Assembly (NCBI GenBank): GCA_947168365.1
Contig: CAMVLO010000009.1
Coordinates: forward strand, 11,141 to 75,140
DNA length: 64,000 bases
Direction of reading: 5' to 3'
From: an uncultured Bacteroidales bacterium
Lineage (GTDB): Bacteria; Bacteroidota; Bacteroidia; Bacteroidales; UBA3824
Both the position numbers and the translations under genes were made by a program. Within the stretch, counting starts at the first letter, position 1. Every line of letters starts with the position of its first letter. The notes beneath the pieces were generated by a model. That model worked only from the letters and a program-made list of their open reading frames with translations, was not told the DNA's origin and did no database searches. Positions 51,598 through 61,652 of the stretch are shown here, one piece after another.

Positions 51598-52536
51598 ATG
51601 AAAATAGTTAGAGGAATAGAAAATTTTTGTTACGATTATAATACTTGCATTACGATAGGAACTTTTGACGGACTGCATATCGGTCACCAACAGATTCTTT
51701 CTACTCTAACAAATATCGCTAAAAACAACAATCTCAAAAGCGTGGCAATTACATTTGACCCTCATCCACGTCAAATATTAATGCCGGACAAAAAGGTAAA
51801 TTTTGTTTTGACTCAACACGAAAAAATTAAAGCTTTTGAAAAAATAGGAATCGATTTCCTTATCATTCACCCGTTTAGCAAGGAATTTGCAGCTCTATCT
51901 GCACGCGAATTTCTAAAAGATATTTTGTGCGGGAAACTTAATATGAAACATCTGATAAAAGGTTTCAACAATCATTTTGGAAAAGACCGTTTATCAGATA
52001 TTTCTGTTATAAAACAATACGGAAAAGAATTCGGTTTTGATGTAACTGAAGTCAACAAAAGAACATTAAACGGAATTTCTGCATCGTCAACAGTTGTAAG
52101 AGAAATGATTTTGAGCGGCGATGTGGAAAAAGCCGCAATGATTTTGAATTACAAATTTATGTTTACCGGAATTGTTGTACACGGCAAACACCTCGGCAGC
52201 CAAATCGGTTTTCCAACGGCAAATATTTCGATAGAAGACAACAACAAAATAATTCCTAAAGCCGGAGTTTATGCGGCAACTACTACAATCAACGGCAAAC
52301 AATACGATGTAATGCTAAATATCGGCAGCAATCCTACCGTAAATGCCGATAATACTAAAACTTTTCTTGAAGCTCATATTGTAGATTTTAGCGGTGATAT
52401 TTACGGCAAAGAAATTACACTGGAACTTTATAAACGTATAAGAGATGAACATAAGTTTGCCTCGATTGATGAATTGAAACAACAATTAACGAAAGACAAA
52501 CTTATGCTGAAAACTATTCTCCACCAAACTGCATAA
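51598..52536 (+). CDS. ribF: Bifunctional riboflavin kinase / FMN adenylyltransferase
   Basis: The start is ATG 51598, giving MKIVRGIENF...TIGTFDGLHIGHQQIL. The C-terminal kinase domain has GFPTANI. The tracked ORF start at 51505 overlaps the small lipoprotein ORF and is unlikely. Confidence 0.92.
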   Translation: MKIVRGIENFCYDYNTCITIGTFDGLHIGHQQILSTLTNIAKNNNLKSVAITFDPHPRQILMPDKKVNFVLTQHEKIKAFEKIGIDFLIIHPFSKEFAALSAREFLKDILCGKLNMKHLIKGFNNHFGKDRLSDISVIKQYGKEFGFDVTEVNKRTLNGISASSTVVREMILSGDVEKAAMILNYKFMFTGIVVHGKHLGSQIGFPTANISIEDNNKIIPKAGVYAATTTINGKQYDVMLNIGSNPTVNADNTKTFLEAHIVDFSGDIYGKEITLELYKRIRDEHKFASIDELKQQLTKDKLMLKTILHQTA

Positions 52537-53603
52537 GGTAAGATTTGAGGAAATCGTTGATTTGACCGTCCATTACAGCTTGAACATTAGAAGTTTCGAG
52601 ATTGGTTCTGAGGTCTTTTACCATCTTGTAAGGCTGCATTACGTAGCTTCTAATTTGGCTTCCCCATTCTATTTTTTTCTTTTTACCTTCTATTTCGGCT
52701 TGTTTCTCACGTTTTTTGTTCATCTCGATTTCGTACAAATGAGATTTCAAAATACGGAGAGCATTTTCACGGTTTTGCCCCTGAGAACGGCTTTCTGTGT
52801 TTTCTACAACAATTCCCGACGGAATATGTCGAACTCGCACACCGGTTTCCACTTTGTTGACATTCTGACCGCCCGCACCCGATGAACGGAATGTATCCCA
52901 CTCAAGATCAGACGGATTGATATTAATTTCAATATCATCATTAATCAACGGTACAACATAAACCGATGCAAATGTAGTTTGACGTTTGCCCTGAGCGTTA
53001 AACGGCGAAATTCTTACAAGTCGGTGAACACCGTTTTCTCCTTTCAACCATCCGAATGCATAATCACCGGAAATTGTCATTGTTACGGTTTTTATTCCAG
53101 CTTCTTCGCCTTCCAAAAGGTTGGTAATTGTAACTTTAAACTTGTTGTCTTCTGCCCAACGGCTGTACATCCTCATAAGCATTGATGCCCAATCGTTTGA
53201 CTCAGTACCACCGGCTCCGGCATTTATTTTTAGAATTGCATCAAACGAATCTTCTTCGTTGCGCAACATATTTTTAAATTCAAGATTTTCTATTAAAAGA
53301 ATTGTCTTGCTGTATTGAGCATCATAATCAGTATCAACATTTTCACCCATTTCGGCAAACTCTGCCAATACTTGTAAATCTTTTAAAGCCGATTCTATAG
53401 AATCATATTCATCAGTCCATTTCTTAATATCCGCAATAGTCTTCAAATAAGCTTCAGCTTCTTTGGGATCGTCCCAAAAACTGTCTTCTTCAGTTTTTTT
53501 TTGCTTTTGAATTATATCACTGCGTTTAGCATCGATGTCAAAGATGCCTCCTCAGCTCTGCTACACGTGCAACAAGAGCTTTATACTCGTCTTTATTGTA
53601 CAT
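52514..53603 (-). CDS. prfB: Peptide chain release factor 2, requiring a programmed +1 frameshift
   Basis: Frame 0 gives MYNKDEYKALVARVAELRRHL followed by TGA (53603-53538). After skipping T53540, the sequence continues DIDAKRSDIIQKQ...KTIADIKKW into the tracked ORF 52514-53446. The SPF and GGQ motifs are present (RISPFNAQGKR; SGAGGQNVNKV). Confidence 0.93.
53537..53553 (-). other. RF2 autoregulatory +1 frameshift site (SD-like GAGGAGG, 3-nt spacer, CTT TGA C)
   Basis: The minus strand reads GAGGAGGCATCTTTGAC, the same architecture as the classical prfB site. Confidence 0.9.
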
Positions 53604-53623
53604 ATTGTCTAAAAAAAAGAAAT

Positions 53624-54184
53624 TTATCTGATTTTTAAAATAGAACCGTCAATATTTACTTTTATTATAGAAGACGGCTCTGCAATAGTATCATCGTCTT
53701 GTCTGTATTTTGTTACATAATCTACAGCATTAATAATATCAGATGAAATATTTTTGAAAATACTAGATGGCTTTTCACCGCTGATATTTGCAGAAGTAGA
53801 AACGATAGGTTTACCAAATGCAGAAATTAGTCTTTTACAAAATTCATCATTAGGAATTCTAATGCCCACCGAACCGTCTTCACCGATAAGATTACCGGCA
53901 ATATTTCTTGCATTAGGATAAATCACTGTCAACGGACCGGTTGCTTCTTCCATAAGCTCAACGGCTTTGAAAGGAACACTATCAATATATTGTTGCAGCA
54001 TCAAAAAATTGCTTACCATTATGATAAGACTTTTGGAACTGGGACGATGTTTGATTTCATAAATTTTGTCAACTGCGTCCTTATTAGTAGCATCGCAGCC
54101 CAATCCCCATACCGTATCAGTGGGATAGAGTATAATCTGTCCCTTGTTTAGGGCATCAACCAATCTGTCTAGTTCTTTCTGCAT
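53624..54184 (-). CDS. tsaC: L-threonylcarbamoyladenylate synthase (TsaC/YrdC family)
   Basis: The likely start is the ATG at 54182-54184 (MQKELDRL). The YPTDTVWGLGCDA motif is present. The protein is about 186 aa. Confidence 0.88.
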   Translation of the reverse strand: MQKELDRLVDALNKGQIILYPTDTVWGLGCDATNKDAVDKIYEIKHRPSSKSLIIMVSNFLMLQQYIDSVPFKAVELMEEATGPLTVIYPNARNIAGNLIGEDGSVGIRIPNDEFCKRLISAFGKPIVSTSANISGEKPSSIFKNISSDIINAVDYVTKYRQDDDTIAEPSSIIKVNIDGSILKIR

Positions 54185-54441
54185 TATACGTATAAATATT
54201 AAATTTCGGTGCAAAAATAATAATTGTAAACGAAAAATTCAAATGTTTTTTCTCGATAAAGTATAATTATTACATCACTTAACCATTTTAACTGTATTTT
54301 ACTCTGACTTTTTACTGTAACAACATATAAATCAGTAAATTTGGCAGATAAAGATTGAAAGTTGAAAAATAAAAAATGAAAATGCTCATAATCATAATTC
54401 GTAATTTTCTAAAAAAATTTTTTGATGATATATTTTTACAG

Positions 54442-54449
54442 TAATTTTG
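54442..54449 (+). promoter_or_regulatory. Candidate -7 box (TAATTTTG) for sstT
   Basis: TAnnTTTG match 21 nt upstream of the ATG at 54470, which implies a very short leader. Confidence 0.3.
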
Positions 54450-54469
54450 TAATCTAAATTATAAAAAAA

Positions 54470-55687
54470 ATGATAAAGAAATACCTTTCTATTCCGCTGA
54501 TTTACCGAATGATTGGCGGATTAATTTTAGGCGTAATTTTAGCCTTGATTCCTAAAGGGGAAACTGATTTTTTGAGTATTATTGAAAGTTTAGGAGAAGT
54601 TTTTATACAATTGCTTGTAAGTATTGCACCTGTATTAGTATTTATATTGGTGATGGCAAGTATAGCTTCCGCAAAAACCGGCATCGGGAAACGAATGCGA
54701 ACTGTAATTTTATTGTATATCGTATCTACATTGCTTGCAGCGTTTATCAGTGTAATTATCGCAAAACTATTTCCTGTAGCGGTAGAAATCAAAAGCATAA
54801 ACGATGTAGCTACTCACCAAACGTTGAAAGAAATTTTAAGCAATTTGGTTCTAAAATCTATTTGCAACCCTCTGAAAGCCATTATTGAAGCAAATTATAC
54901 GGGAGTTTTGTTTTGGGCGATTTTGTTCGGATTTGCAATCAAAAAAACTGCTACTCTAAAACTCGCAAATGTTCTAAACGATTTATCAAAAGTAATTGGC
55001 AAAATAGTAAACTGGATAATACAGTTTGCACCGTTCGGAATCCTCGGATTGGTTTTCAAAGCGGTAAGAACCAGCGGTATAGAGATTTTCACAACTTACG
55101 GCAAATTGGTTTTGCTGCTTTTGGCAGGAATGCTGATTGTAATTTTGATTACCGACCCGTTGATTGTAGCAATTGTCACCAAAAGAAATCCGTATCCATT
55201 GGTTTTCAAATGTTTGAAAGAAAGTGGAATCACTGCATTTTTTACAAGGAGTTCAGCATCTAATATTCCAATCAATTTAGACCTTTGCGAAAAAATGGGT
55301 GTTAACAAAGATTTTTATTCAGTATCCATTCCGTTGGGCTCTACAGTCAACATGAACGGAGCAGCGGTTACGATTACAATCATAAGTCTTATATTTGCAG
55401 GGAGTTACGGCATGGAAGTAGGTTTAGGAATGGGCTTTGTAGTAAGTGTAATAGCTGCAATAGGTGCTTGTGGTTCGTCGGGAATTGCGGGCGGAAGTAT
55501 GATGTTGATTCCTTTGGCATGCAGCACACTCGGTTTGCCGGTGGAAGTTGGAGCAACAGCGATGTCAGTTTGTACAATAATCGGAGTTATACAAGATTCC
55601 ATGGAAACAGCAATTAATTCATCTACAGACGCAATTTTCACAATTGCAGTAGACCAAAGAATCAATAGAAAAGAGGGTAAAATCTAA
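54470..55687 (+). CDS. sstT: Serine/threonine:sodium symporter SstT (DAACS family)
   Basis: The 405-aa ORF contains AFFTRSSASNIPINLDLCEK, YSVSIPLGSTVNMNGAA and IQDSMETAINSSTD. These closely parallel E. coli SstT as I recall it. Confidence 0.9.
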   Translation: MIKKYLSIPLIYRMIGGLILGVILALIPKGETDFLSIIESLGEVFIQLLVSIAPVLVFILVMASIASAKTGIGKRMRTVILLYIVSTLLAAFISVIIAKLFPVAVEIKSINDVATHQTLKEILSNLVLKSICNPLKAIIEANYTGVLFWAILFGFAIKKTATLKLANVLNDLSKVIGKIVNWIIQFAPFGILGLVFKAVRTSGIEIFTTYGKLVLLLLAGMLIVILITDPLIVAIVTKRNPYPLVFKCLKESGITAFFTRSSASNIPINLDLCEKMGVNKDFYSVSIPLGSTVNMNGAAVTITIISLIFAGSYGMEVGLGMGFVVSVIAAIGACGSSGIAGGSMMLIPLACSTLGLPVEVGATAMSVCTIIGVIQDSMETAINSSTDAIFTIAVDQRINRKEGKI

Positions 55688-55824
55688 ATAAAACACAGGA
55701 TGCACAATCGTCACGGAAATGTAAAACCTGACGATTGTACATCCCCGATACAACATCAATTCAGATATTTTTTGTTGAAATTCAGAATTTTATTTAAAAT
55801 TGCATCTTCTAATTTATATTTATC

Positions 55825-56625
55825 ATGAATCCCGGAAAAGTAACATGTGAAGAATTGAAAAAAATTCGCAAGATGATTGCGGACAAAAATAATATTCCGT
55901 ATGAAATTACTGAATGTAAATTTTCAGGACGTTGCAGCGGAACATGTCCATTTTGCGAATCTGAAGTAAAATATCTTGAAACACAACTTGCAAAAAGGAA
56001 ATCTCTCGGTAAAAAAGTTTTAGTAACAGGAATTGCCGTAGGTTTGTGTGTTTTTGCACAAGCTCAAGACATTCAACAAATTGATACTGTAGAAACTGTA
56101 AAAAAAGAAGCTTCTAATACAATCAAACAAATGACAGTTAAAGGAATTGTTTTGGATGAAAACAAAGATCCTTTGCCGGGTGTAACTGTTATAGAAGAAG
56201 GAACTACTAATGGTACAATTACAGATCTTGACGGAAAATTTAATATATCAGTAACTCACGATAAAATTCAGTTCTCTGATATTGGCTATAAAACATCGAC
56301 ATTGGAAGTAAGTGAAAATATGAAAGTTGTGATGGAAGATGAAGAGCTCACAATGGAAGAGGGCATTATTGTTATAGGGTATGATCGTGAAATAATAATT
56401 GATTTTTTAGTTCGCGGAGAAATCGTTGATGAGTGTGGTTTTAGTATTGATAACGTAACAATCAGCGAAATCGGTTGTTTTAATAAAAATTATTCAGATA
56501 GCGAATTTGAATTTCAAATGGAAAACAAAATTCATGAATTGGAATTTTCCGCACCAAATTATGAAACAGTTATAATGAAACCGACCAATAAAATGCGTGT
56601 TGTAATGAAACGAAAATTATTTTAG
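55825..56625 (+). CDS. Single-pass membrane protein: Cys-rich cytoplasmic N-domain, TM, carboxypeptidase-regulatory-like (CarboxypepD_reg) domains
   Basis: The 266-aa ORF has an N-terminus with TCEELKK...ECKFSGRCSGTCPFCE (includes CX3CX2C) and the TM VLVTGIAVGLCVF. The exported part has VKGIVLDENKDPLPGVTVIEEGTTNGTITDLDGKFNI. Confidence 0.65.
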   Translation: MNPGKVTCEELKKIRKMIADKNNIPYEITECKFSGRCSGTCPFCESEVKYLETQLAKRKSLGKKVLVTGIAVGLCVFAQAQDIQQIDTVETVKKEASNTIKQMTVKGIVLDENKDPLPGVTVIEEGTTNGTITDLDGKFNISVTHDKIQFSDIGYKTSTLEVSENMKVVMEDEELTMEEGIIVIGYDREIIIDFLVRGEIVDECGFSIDNVTISEIGCFNKNYSDSEFEFQMENKIHELEFSAPNYETVIMKPTNKMRVVMKRKLF

Positions 56626-56639
56626 TTGATATCTTTTTT

Positions 56640-57147
56640 CTATATTATTTTTTTCAACATCGTAGTCCCGACGTGACGACATAAAAAGCCGATTAAGCAC
56701 ATTTTCATCTGCAATTTCAGGGCGGAATCCGTCTGCATTTTTATTATGTCAAGTCCCAATTTATGAAAAGTAGTTGCTTCAACAGGTATGCCGAGCTTGT
56801 CTTGAATACGTTCTGTCATTTCTTGTGCGGATTTCTTTGTGAATGAGATAAGAAGAATATCTTTTGGATTGATATTTTTTATTTGACATTTCGTGTTTTT
56901 TAGGAATGTTAAATTTTATCAAATCCAAGAACAAATATTTCCATTTATTGATGAAAATATTTTCTTGGGGTTCTGATACATAATTTTGCTGTAAACCGTT
57001 TAATTCATCGAAAAAGTTTTTTATTGGTTCTTTGTAATTTGCTGAAAGTTTTTGTAAATATTCAACTTTTTTCTTATGTCTGAGAATAAGAAAAACAACA
57101 ACTAAAAAAATTATTATAAAACCTAATATAATGAACAAGTTAGTCAT
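56640..57147 (-). pseudogene. Decayed fragment of a UvrD/helicase IV-like gene
   Basis: The tracked ORF 56779-57222 encodes a TM plus an N-domain. A different frame reads NPKDILLISFTKKSAQEMTERIQDKLGIPVEATTFHKLGLDII (helicase motifs Ia-Ib). A third frame reads GFRPEIADENVLNRLF. No Walker A is present, and only about 150 of the several hundred aa expected for a helicase IV-like protein remain. Confidence 0.7.
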
Positions 57148-57339
57148 ATTTCCTAAATTGTAAAGCGTTTTTGATGTAATTATTTTTGAGGCAAATTTAG
57201 ATTTTTTTTGAAAATATGCCAATAAAAAATGCCATAAAACATTTTGGGAGCGAAAAAACTCTATAATTTTTCGTTATTTTTACTGATATTATTTCAATTT
57301 TTTTTATAATTTTACCCGCAGAAAAAATTATACAACGAT

Positions 57340-59949
57340 ATGAGAAAATTACTTTTGATGGCGGCGGTTGCTGCGTTGTCGGCGATGAATGTCAATGCGC
57401 AATCAACGGAACAGTTGCTTCTTGGCGGCTGGAAATTTCAAAAAGGTGCGCAATCGGGCGCACAGAATTCCAATTTTGACGATTCCAAATGGCAGAACGT
57501 AACAATCCCCCACGATTGGGCAATTTCAGGTCCTTTCGACAAAGAGATTGATAAACAAGTGGTTGCAATCGTTCAGAACGGTGAACAAGAAGCCACCGAG
57601 AAAACCGGACGCTCAGGCTCGTTGCCGTGGTTGGGCGAGGGTTGGTATAGAACTTCTTTGTCAATTCCCGACAAATACAGTCACGCAGAACTGATTTTTG
57701 ACGGTGCAATGTCAGAGCCGACGGTCTATGTTGAAGGCAAGTTGGCAGGTTATTGGGCTTACGGCTACAATACTTTTGCAATTGACATCACGCCTTATCT
57801 GCCCAAAACCGGCGATGGCAAAATTGCAAAAGGTCGTTATGCCTTGGCGGTACATATTAAAAACGTTGAAGAATCAAGCCGCTGGTATCCGGGCGCGGGA
57901 CTTTACAGACCGGTGAGGTTGTCGCTCTCGCAAAATGCGGCGATTGAGACTTGGGGCATTTTTGCAAGAACAACGGCTTTGTCTGCTGACAATCAGACAG
58001 CGCGTGTTACCGTTACAACCCAAGTCCGCATCGACGGCGGCAAAACCGACGGTTTTAAAGTTGTTCAAACGCTTGTCAGTGACGGTCAGGAAGTTGCAAA
58101 ATCAGAGGCTTGGCTCAGCGACAGCAAATCGACCGAGCAAGTGTTGGCGGTGAAAAATCCAAAACTTTGGTCGCCCGAAAGTCCGACACTTTATACGCTC
58201 GTTACAAAACTTTATCAGGGCGACAAGATGGTTGATATGCGCGAGACTCCAACCGGCATTCGTACAATTAGTTACGAAAACGAGGGTTTCAAACTCAACG
58301 GCAAAGTGGTCAAGTTTAAGGGCGTTTGCCTCCATCACGACCTCGGACCTCTCGGCGCGGCTTTCAACAAGGCTGCATTCCGCCGTCAAGTGGCTCTGTT
58401 GAAGGATATTGGCTGCAACGCCATCCGCACCTCCCACAATATGCCCGCGCCCTGGCAGATGGATATTTGCGACGAAATGGGCATTATGGTTATGGCTGAA
58501 AGTTGCGATATGTGGGTCTATCCGAAATGCAAAAACGGCTATTCAAGATTTTTTGAACAAATTGACACTCAATCGCCCAACGCCGACGGTCGTCCGTGGT
58601 GGCAGCGCGATTTTGAAAACTTGATTCTTGTTCACAGAAACCATCCGTCAATCGTGATGTGGAGCATTGGCAATGAAATCCCCGACCAAGGCAGCGCAGT
58701 TGGTCTGAAATATACACGCCTGATACAGAACTTGATACATTCTCTCGACAACACCCGCCTCTGCACACAAGGCCTCGACCGTGGAGAACAATGCCTTGCA
58801 TCGGGAGTTTTTCAAAATACCGACGTTCCGGGCTACAATTACCGACTGCACGTCTATGACAAGGGACACGAACATTCGCCTTCCGGACTTGTTCTCGGCA
58901 CTGAGACGGCTTCCACGATTTCGAGCCGTGGCGTTTATAAATTCCCCGTTGAGGAGGTTCACGGCGATGCCTACGACGACGGACAGATTTCAAGTTACGA
59001 CCTTGAAAGTTGCATTTGGAGCAACCTTCCCGACGACGATTGGATGTGGCAGGACAAGGCTCCGTGGGTGACGGGCGAGTTTGTTTGGACAGGTTTCGAC
59101 TATCTTGGCGAGCCTACGCCTTACGATGACTATTGGCCGTCGAGGAGCAGTTATTTCGGAATTTTTGACCTTGCCGGACTTCCCAAAGACCGTGCGTTTT
59201 TGTATAGGACGCATTGGGCTCCCGAAAAAAAGACCCTTCACGTGCTTCCGCATTGGACTTGGCGTGGTCGCGAGGGTCAGGTGACGCCTGTGTTTGTTTA
59301 TACTTCATACCCCGAAGCCGAATTGTTCATTAATGGCAAATCGCAGGGCAGGAAAAGCCACATTGACATTACTCTCGACGACTACCGTGACAACCGCATC
59401 GACGTCAAAATGCCGTGGGGCGATATGTCGAAATTTGCCGACCCAAATGCACCCGAAGGCAAAAATCGCCTCGACCGTTACCGTCTCCGTTGGATGAATG
59501 TGAAATACGAGCCGGGCGAAATCAAGGTTGTGGCATACGACAGTAACGGCAACCGTGCCGACGAACAAATCATCAAAACCGCCGGCAAGCCGCATCATTT
59601 GGTGTTGGAGGCAGACCGCAATACTCTCAACGCCACGCAGTTAGAGAACGGAATGCCGCAGTCGTCGCCCGATTTGAGTTTTGTAACGGTCAGCGTTGTT
59701 GACAAGGACGGCACTCTCTGTCCCGATGCCGCCAACCAACTGACTTTCAGCGTCAGCGGTGCCGGCAAATTCAATTCGGTCTGCAACGGCGACGCTACTT
59801 CCACCGAAGTTTTCACCAACCCGACAATGAAAGCCTTCCACGGTAAATTGGTGGTTGTTGTTGAGGCAACAAGTCAGAAAGGCAACGCCGTATTGACAGT
59901 CAAAGGCGCAGGAGTAAAACCGGCGACAATTTCGTTGTCAGTGAAATAA
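57340..59949 (+). CDS. Secreted glycoside hydrolase family 2 (beta-galactosidase-like)
   Basis: The 869-aa ORF has the signal peptide MRKLLLMAAVAALSAMNVNAQ. The GH2 TIM-barrel motifs are NAIRTSHNMPAPWQMDICDEMGIMVMAE, WSIGNEIP (acid/base) and GEFVWTGFDYLGEP (nucleophile). Confidence 0.9.
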   Translation: MRKLLLMAAVAALSAMNVNAQSTEQLLLGGWKFQKGAQSGAQNSNFDDSKWQNVTIPHDWAISGPFDKEIDKQVVAIVQNGEQEATEKTGRSGSLPWLGEGWYRTSLSIPDKYSHAELIFDGAMSEPTVYVEGKLAGYWAYGYNTFAIDITPYLPKTGDGKIAKGRYALAVHIKNVEESSRWYPGAGLYRPVRLSLSQNAAIETWGIFARTTALSADNQTARVTVTTQVRIDGGKTDGFKVVQTLVSDGQEVAKSEAWLSDSKSTEQVLAVKNPKLWSPESPTLYTLVTKLYQGDKMVDMRETPTGIRTISYENEGFKLNGKVVKFKGVCLHHDLGPLGAAFNKAAFRRQVALLKDIGCNAIRTSHNMPAPWQMDICDEMGIMVMAESCDMWVYPKCKNGYSRFFEQIDTQSPNADGRPWWQRDFENLILVHRNHPSIVMWSIGNEIPDQGSAVGLKYTRLIQNLIHSLDNTRLCTQGLDRGEQCLASGVFQNTDVPGYNYRLHVYDKGHEHSPSGLVLGTETASTISSRGVYKFPVEEVHGDAYDDGQISSYDLESCIWSNLPDDDWMWQDKAPWVTGEFVWTGFDYLGEPTPYDDYWPSRSSYFGIFDLAGLPKDRAFLYRTHWAPEKKTLHVLPHWTWRGREGQVTPVFVYTSYPEAELFINGKSQGRKSHIDITLDDYRDNRIDVKMPWGDMSKFADPNAPEGKNRLDRYRLRWMNVKYEPGEIKVVAYDSNGNRADEQIIKTAGKPHHLVLEADRNTLNATQLENGMPQSSPDLSFVTVSVVDKDGTLCPDAANQLTFSVSGAGKFNSVCNGDATSTEVFTNPTMKAFHGKLVVVVEATSQKGNAVLTVKGAGVKPATISLSVK

Positions 59950-60081
59950 CGGGATTCTTTGAATAAAAAATCTTGCTATCACCTTAATTTTTTTGTTGTC
60001 ATATAAATCCAAATACTAATAATGTTGGAAAAGAATTGATTTAACAATCAAAGGTGTGCGCAAATTCTTTTTAATACCTCT

Positions 60082-60108
60082 ATCCACGGACGTTCAATGT
60101 TCGTGGAT
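60082..60108 (+). terminator. Weak hairpin downstream of the GH2 gene
   Basis: ATCCACGGAC pairs with GTTCGTGGAT (one mismatch) around a 7-nt loop. The T-tract is poor. Confidence 0.25.
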
Positions 60109-60384
60109 ATTTGAGGTAGATTATCTCTGATGTCAGCAAGGCAATTGTTTTCTGCAATTTCATTTGCGGTAATATTATTTGAAGAGGCGATATTTAGTAT
60201 TGGATGTAAATCACCAATTCCAATCTTTTAATAATCGCATTATACTATTCATTATATTTTTTTATTGCGATAAACTATATATGTCATAAAAAAATTAGCG
60301 ATATTATTTGGTTTTACTTTTTTCGACAATTTAAAGCATCCAAATATATCGCTAATTTTCAGAAGATGATATTTTAAAATCTCG

Positions 60385-61590
60385 TTATTTATTACTTGTA
60401 AAATGTAAAATATGTCCCATTCTCTCGCGTTTAGTTTCCATATAACGCTGATTGAATTTGTTAACCGGAATTTCGATTGGAACATTTTCTACAATTTGTA
60501 AACCGTAACTTTCAAGACCGACACGTTTTACAGGATTGTTGGTAAGCAATCGCATTTTCTTAACGCCAAGTTTGCGAAGTATCTCCGCTCCTACGCCGTA
60601 ATCTCTCTCATCAGGATCAAATCCGAGGTGAACATTGGCATCTACTGTGTCATAACCTTCTTCTTGAAGTTTATAGGCTTTTATTTTATTGAACAGTCCA
60701 ATGCCCCTACCCTCTTGATTCATATACAACAAAACACCTTTGCCGGCTTTGTCAATTTCTTCCATCGCCTTGTGAAGCTGATCTCCGCAATCGCAACGGT
60801 AACTGCCGAAAATATCACCCGTAGCGCACGAAGAGTGTACTCTTACAAGAATAGGTTCGTCTTCGCTCCAAGTGCCTTTTACAAGTGCCGAATGTTCAAG
60901 ACCGTTGGAAATCTGACGGAAAACTGTCATCTTGAATTCACCGTATTTTGTCGGCATCATTACCTCCGGACCTTGCTCCACTGTAGTTTCTGTTTTCAAG
61001 CGGTAAGCAATCAAATCTTTTATTGAAACAAGTTTGAGATTGTATCTTTTTGCAACTTCTTCCAATTGCGGAAGACGAGCCATTGTACCGTCAGGATTAA
61101 GAATTTCGATAAGTGCAGCCGCAGGATAAAGTCCCGCAAGACGTGCAAAATCTACAGCAGCCTCGGTATGTCCTGCCCTACTCAACACACCACGGTCTTG
61201 AGCATAAAGCGGATTGATATGTCCCGGACGAGCAAATGTTTCGGCTGTAGATTCCGGATCTGCCAATGCTCGGATAGTTGCTGTTCTGTCATGTACTGAT
61301 ACTCCGGTGGTGCAACCTTCTATTTTATCGATTGTTACAGTAAAAGGTGTACCAAGAATCGAAGTATTTTCTTCTACTTGATGTTGCAATTTCAAATCAG
61401 CAGCTCGGCTTATCGTAATGGGCGAACACAATACTCCTCGACCATTTTGCAACATAAAATTGATTTTCTCTTCGGTAATTGTCTGAGCAGCAGTGATAAA
61501 ATCGCCTTCGTTTTCGCGATCCTCATCGTCTACTACAATTATGATATTACCCTTGGCAAATTCTTCAATTGCCTCTTCTATGGTATTCAT
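60385..61590 (-). CDS. ribBA: Bifunctional 3,4-dihydroxy-2-butanone-4-phosphate synthase / GTP cyclohydrolase II
   Basis: The 401-aa ORF contains [19 protein letters not shown] and [22 protein letters not shown]. Confidence 0.95.
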   Translation of the reverse strand: MNTIEEAIEEFAKGNIIIVVDDEDRENEGDFITAAQTITEEKINFMLQNGRGVLCSPITISRAADLKLQHQVEENTSILGTPFTVTIDKIEGCTTGVSVHDRTATIRALADPESTAETFARPGHINPLYAQDRGVLSRAGHTEAAVDFARLAGLYPAAALIEILNPDGTMARLPQLEEVAKRYNLKLVSIKDLIAYRLKTETTVEQGPEVMMPTKYGEFKMTVFRQISNGLEHSALVKGTWSEDEPILVRVHSSCATGDIFGSYRCDCGDQLHKAMEEIDKAGKGVLLYMNQEGRGIGLFNKIKAYKLQEEGYDTVDANVHLGFDPDERDYGVGAEILRKLGVKKMRLLTNNPVKRVGLESYGLQIVENVPIEIPVNKFNQRYMETKRERMGHILHFTSNK

Positions 61591-61652
61591 TTTATGAGAA
61601 ATTATATTTTGTTATTTTTTTTAGACTCTTATTAACTATAAAATGATTCATT

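Noticed and set aside
57392-59841. More than a dozen 60-170-aa ORFs on both strands within the GH2 gene
   Set aside because: They are a by-product of the locally high G+C content (few stop codons). They are Arg/Gly/Ala-rich and nonsensical, and the GH2 frame carries all the catalytic motifs.
60252-60485. 77-aa minus-strand ORF overlapping the 3' end of ribBA
   Set aside because: It overlaps ribBA in another frame by about 100 nt, and the remainder is AT-rich intergenic sequence with poor coding character.
61591-61652. Looked for an FMN riboswitch upstream of ribBA (and ribF)
   Set aside because: Only 62 nt separate ribBA from the upstream lptF/G-type gene, too short for an FMN aptamer, and no conserved FMN-element sequence was seen.
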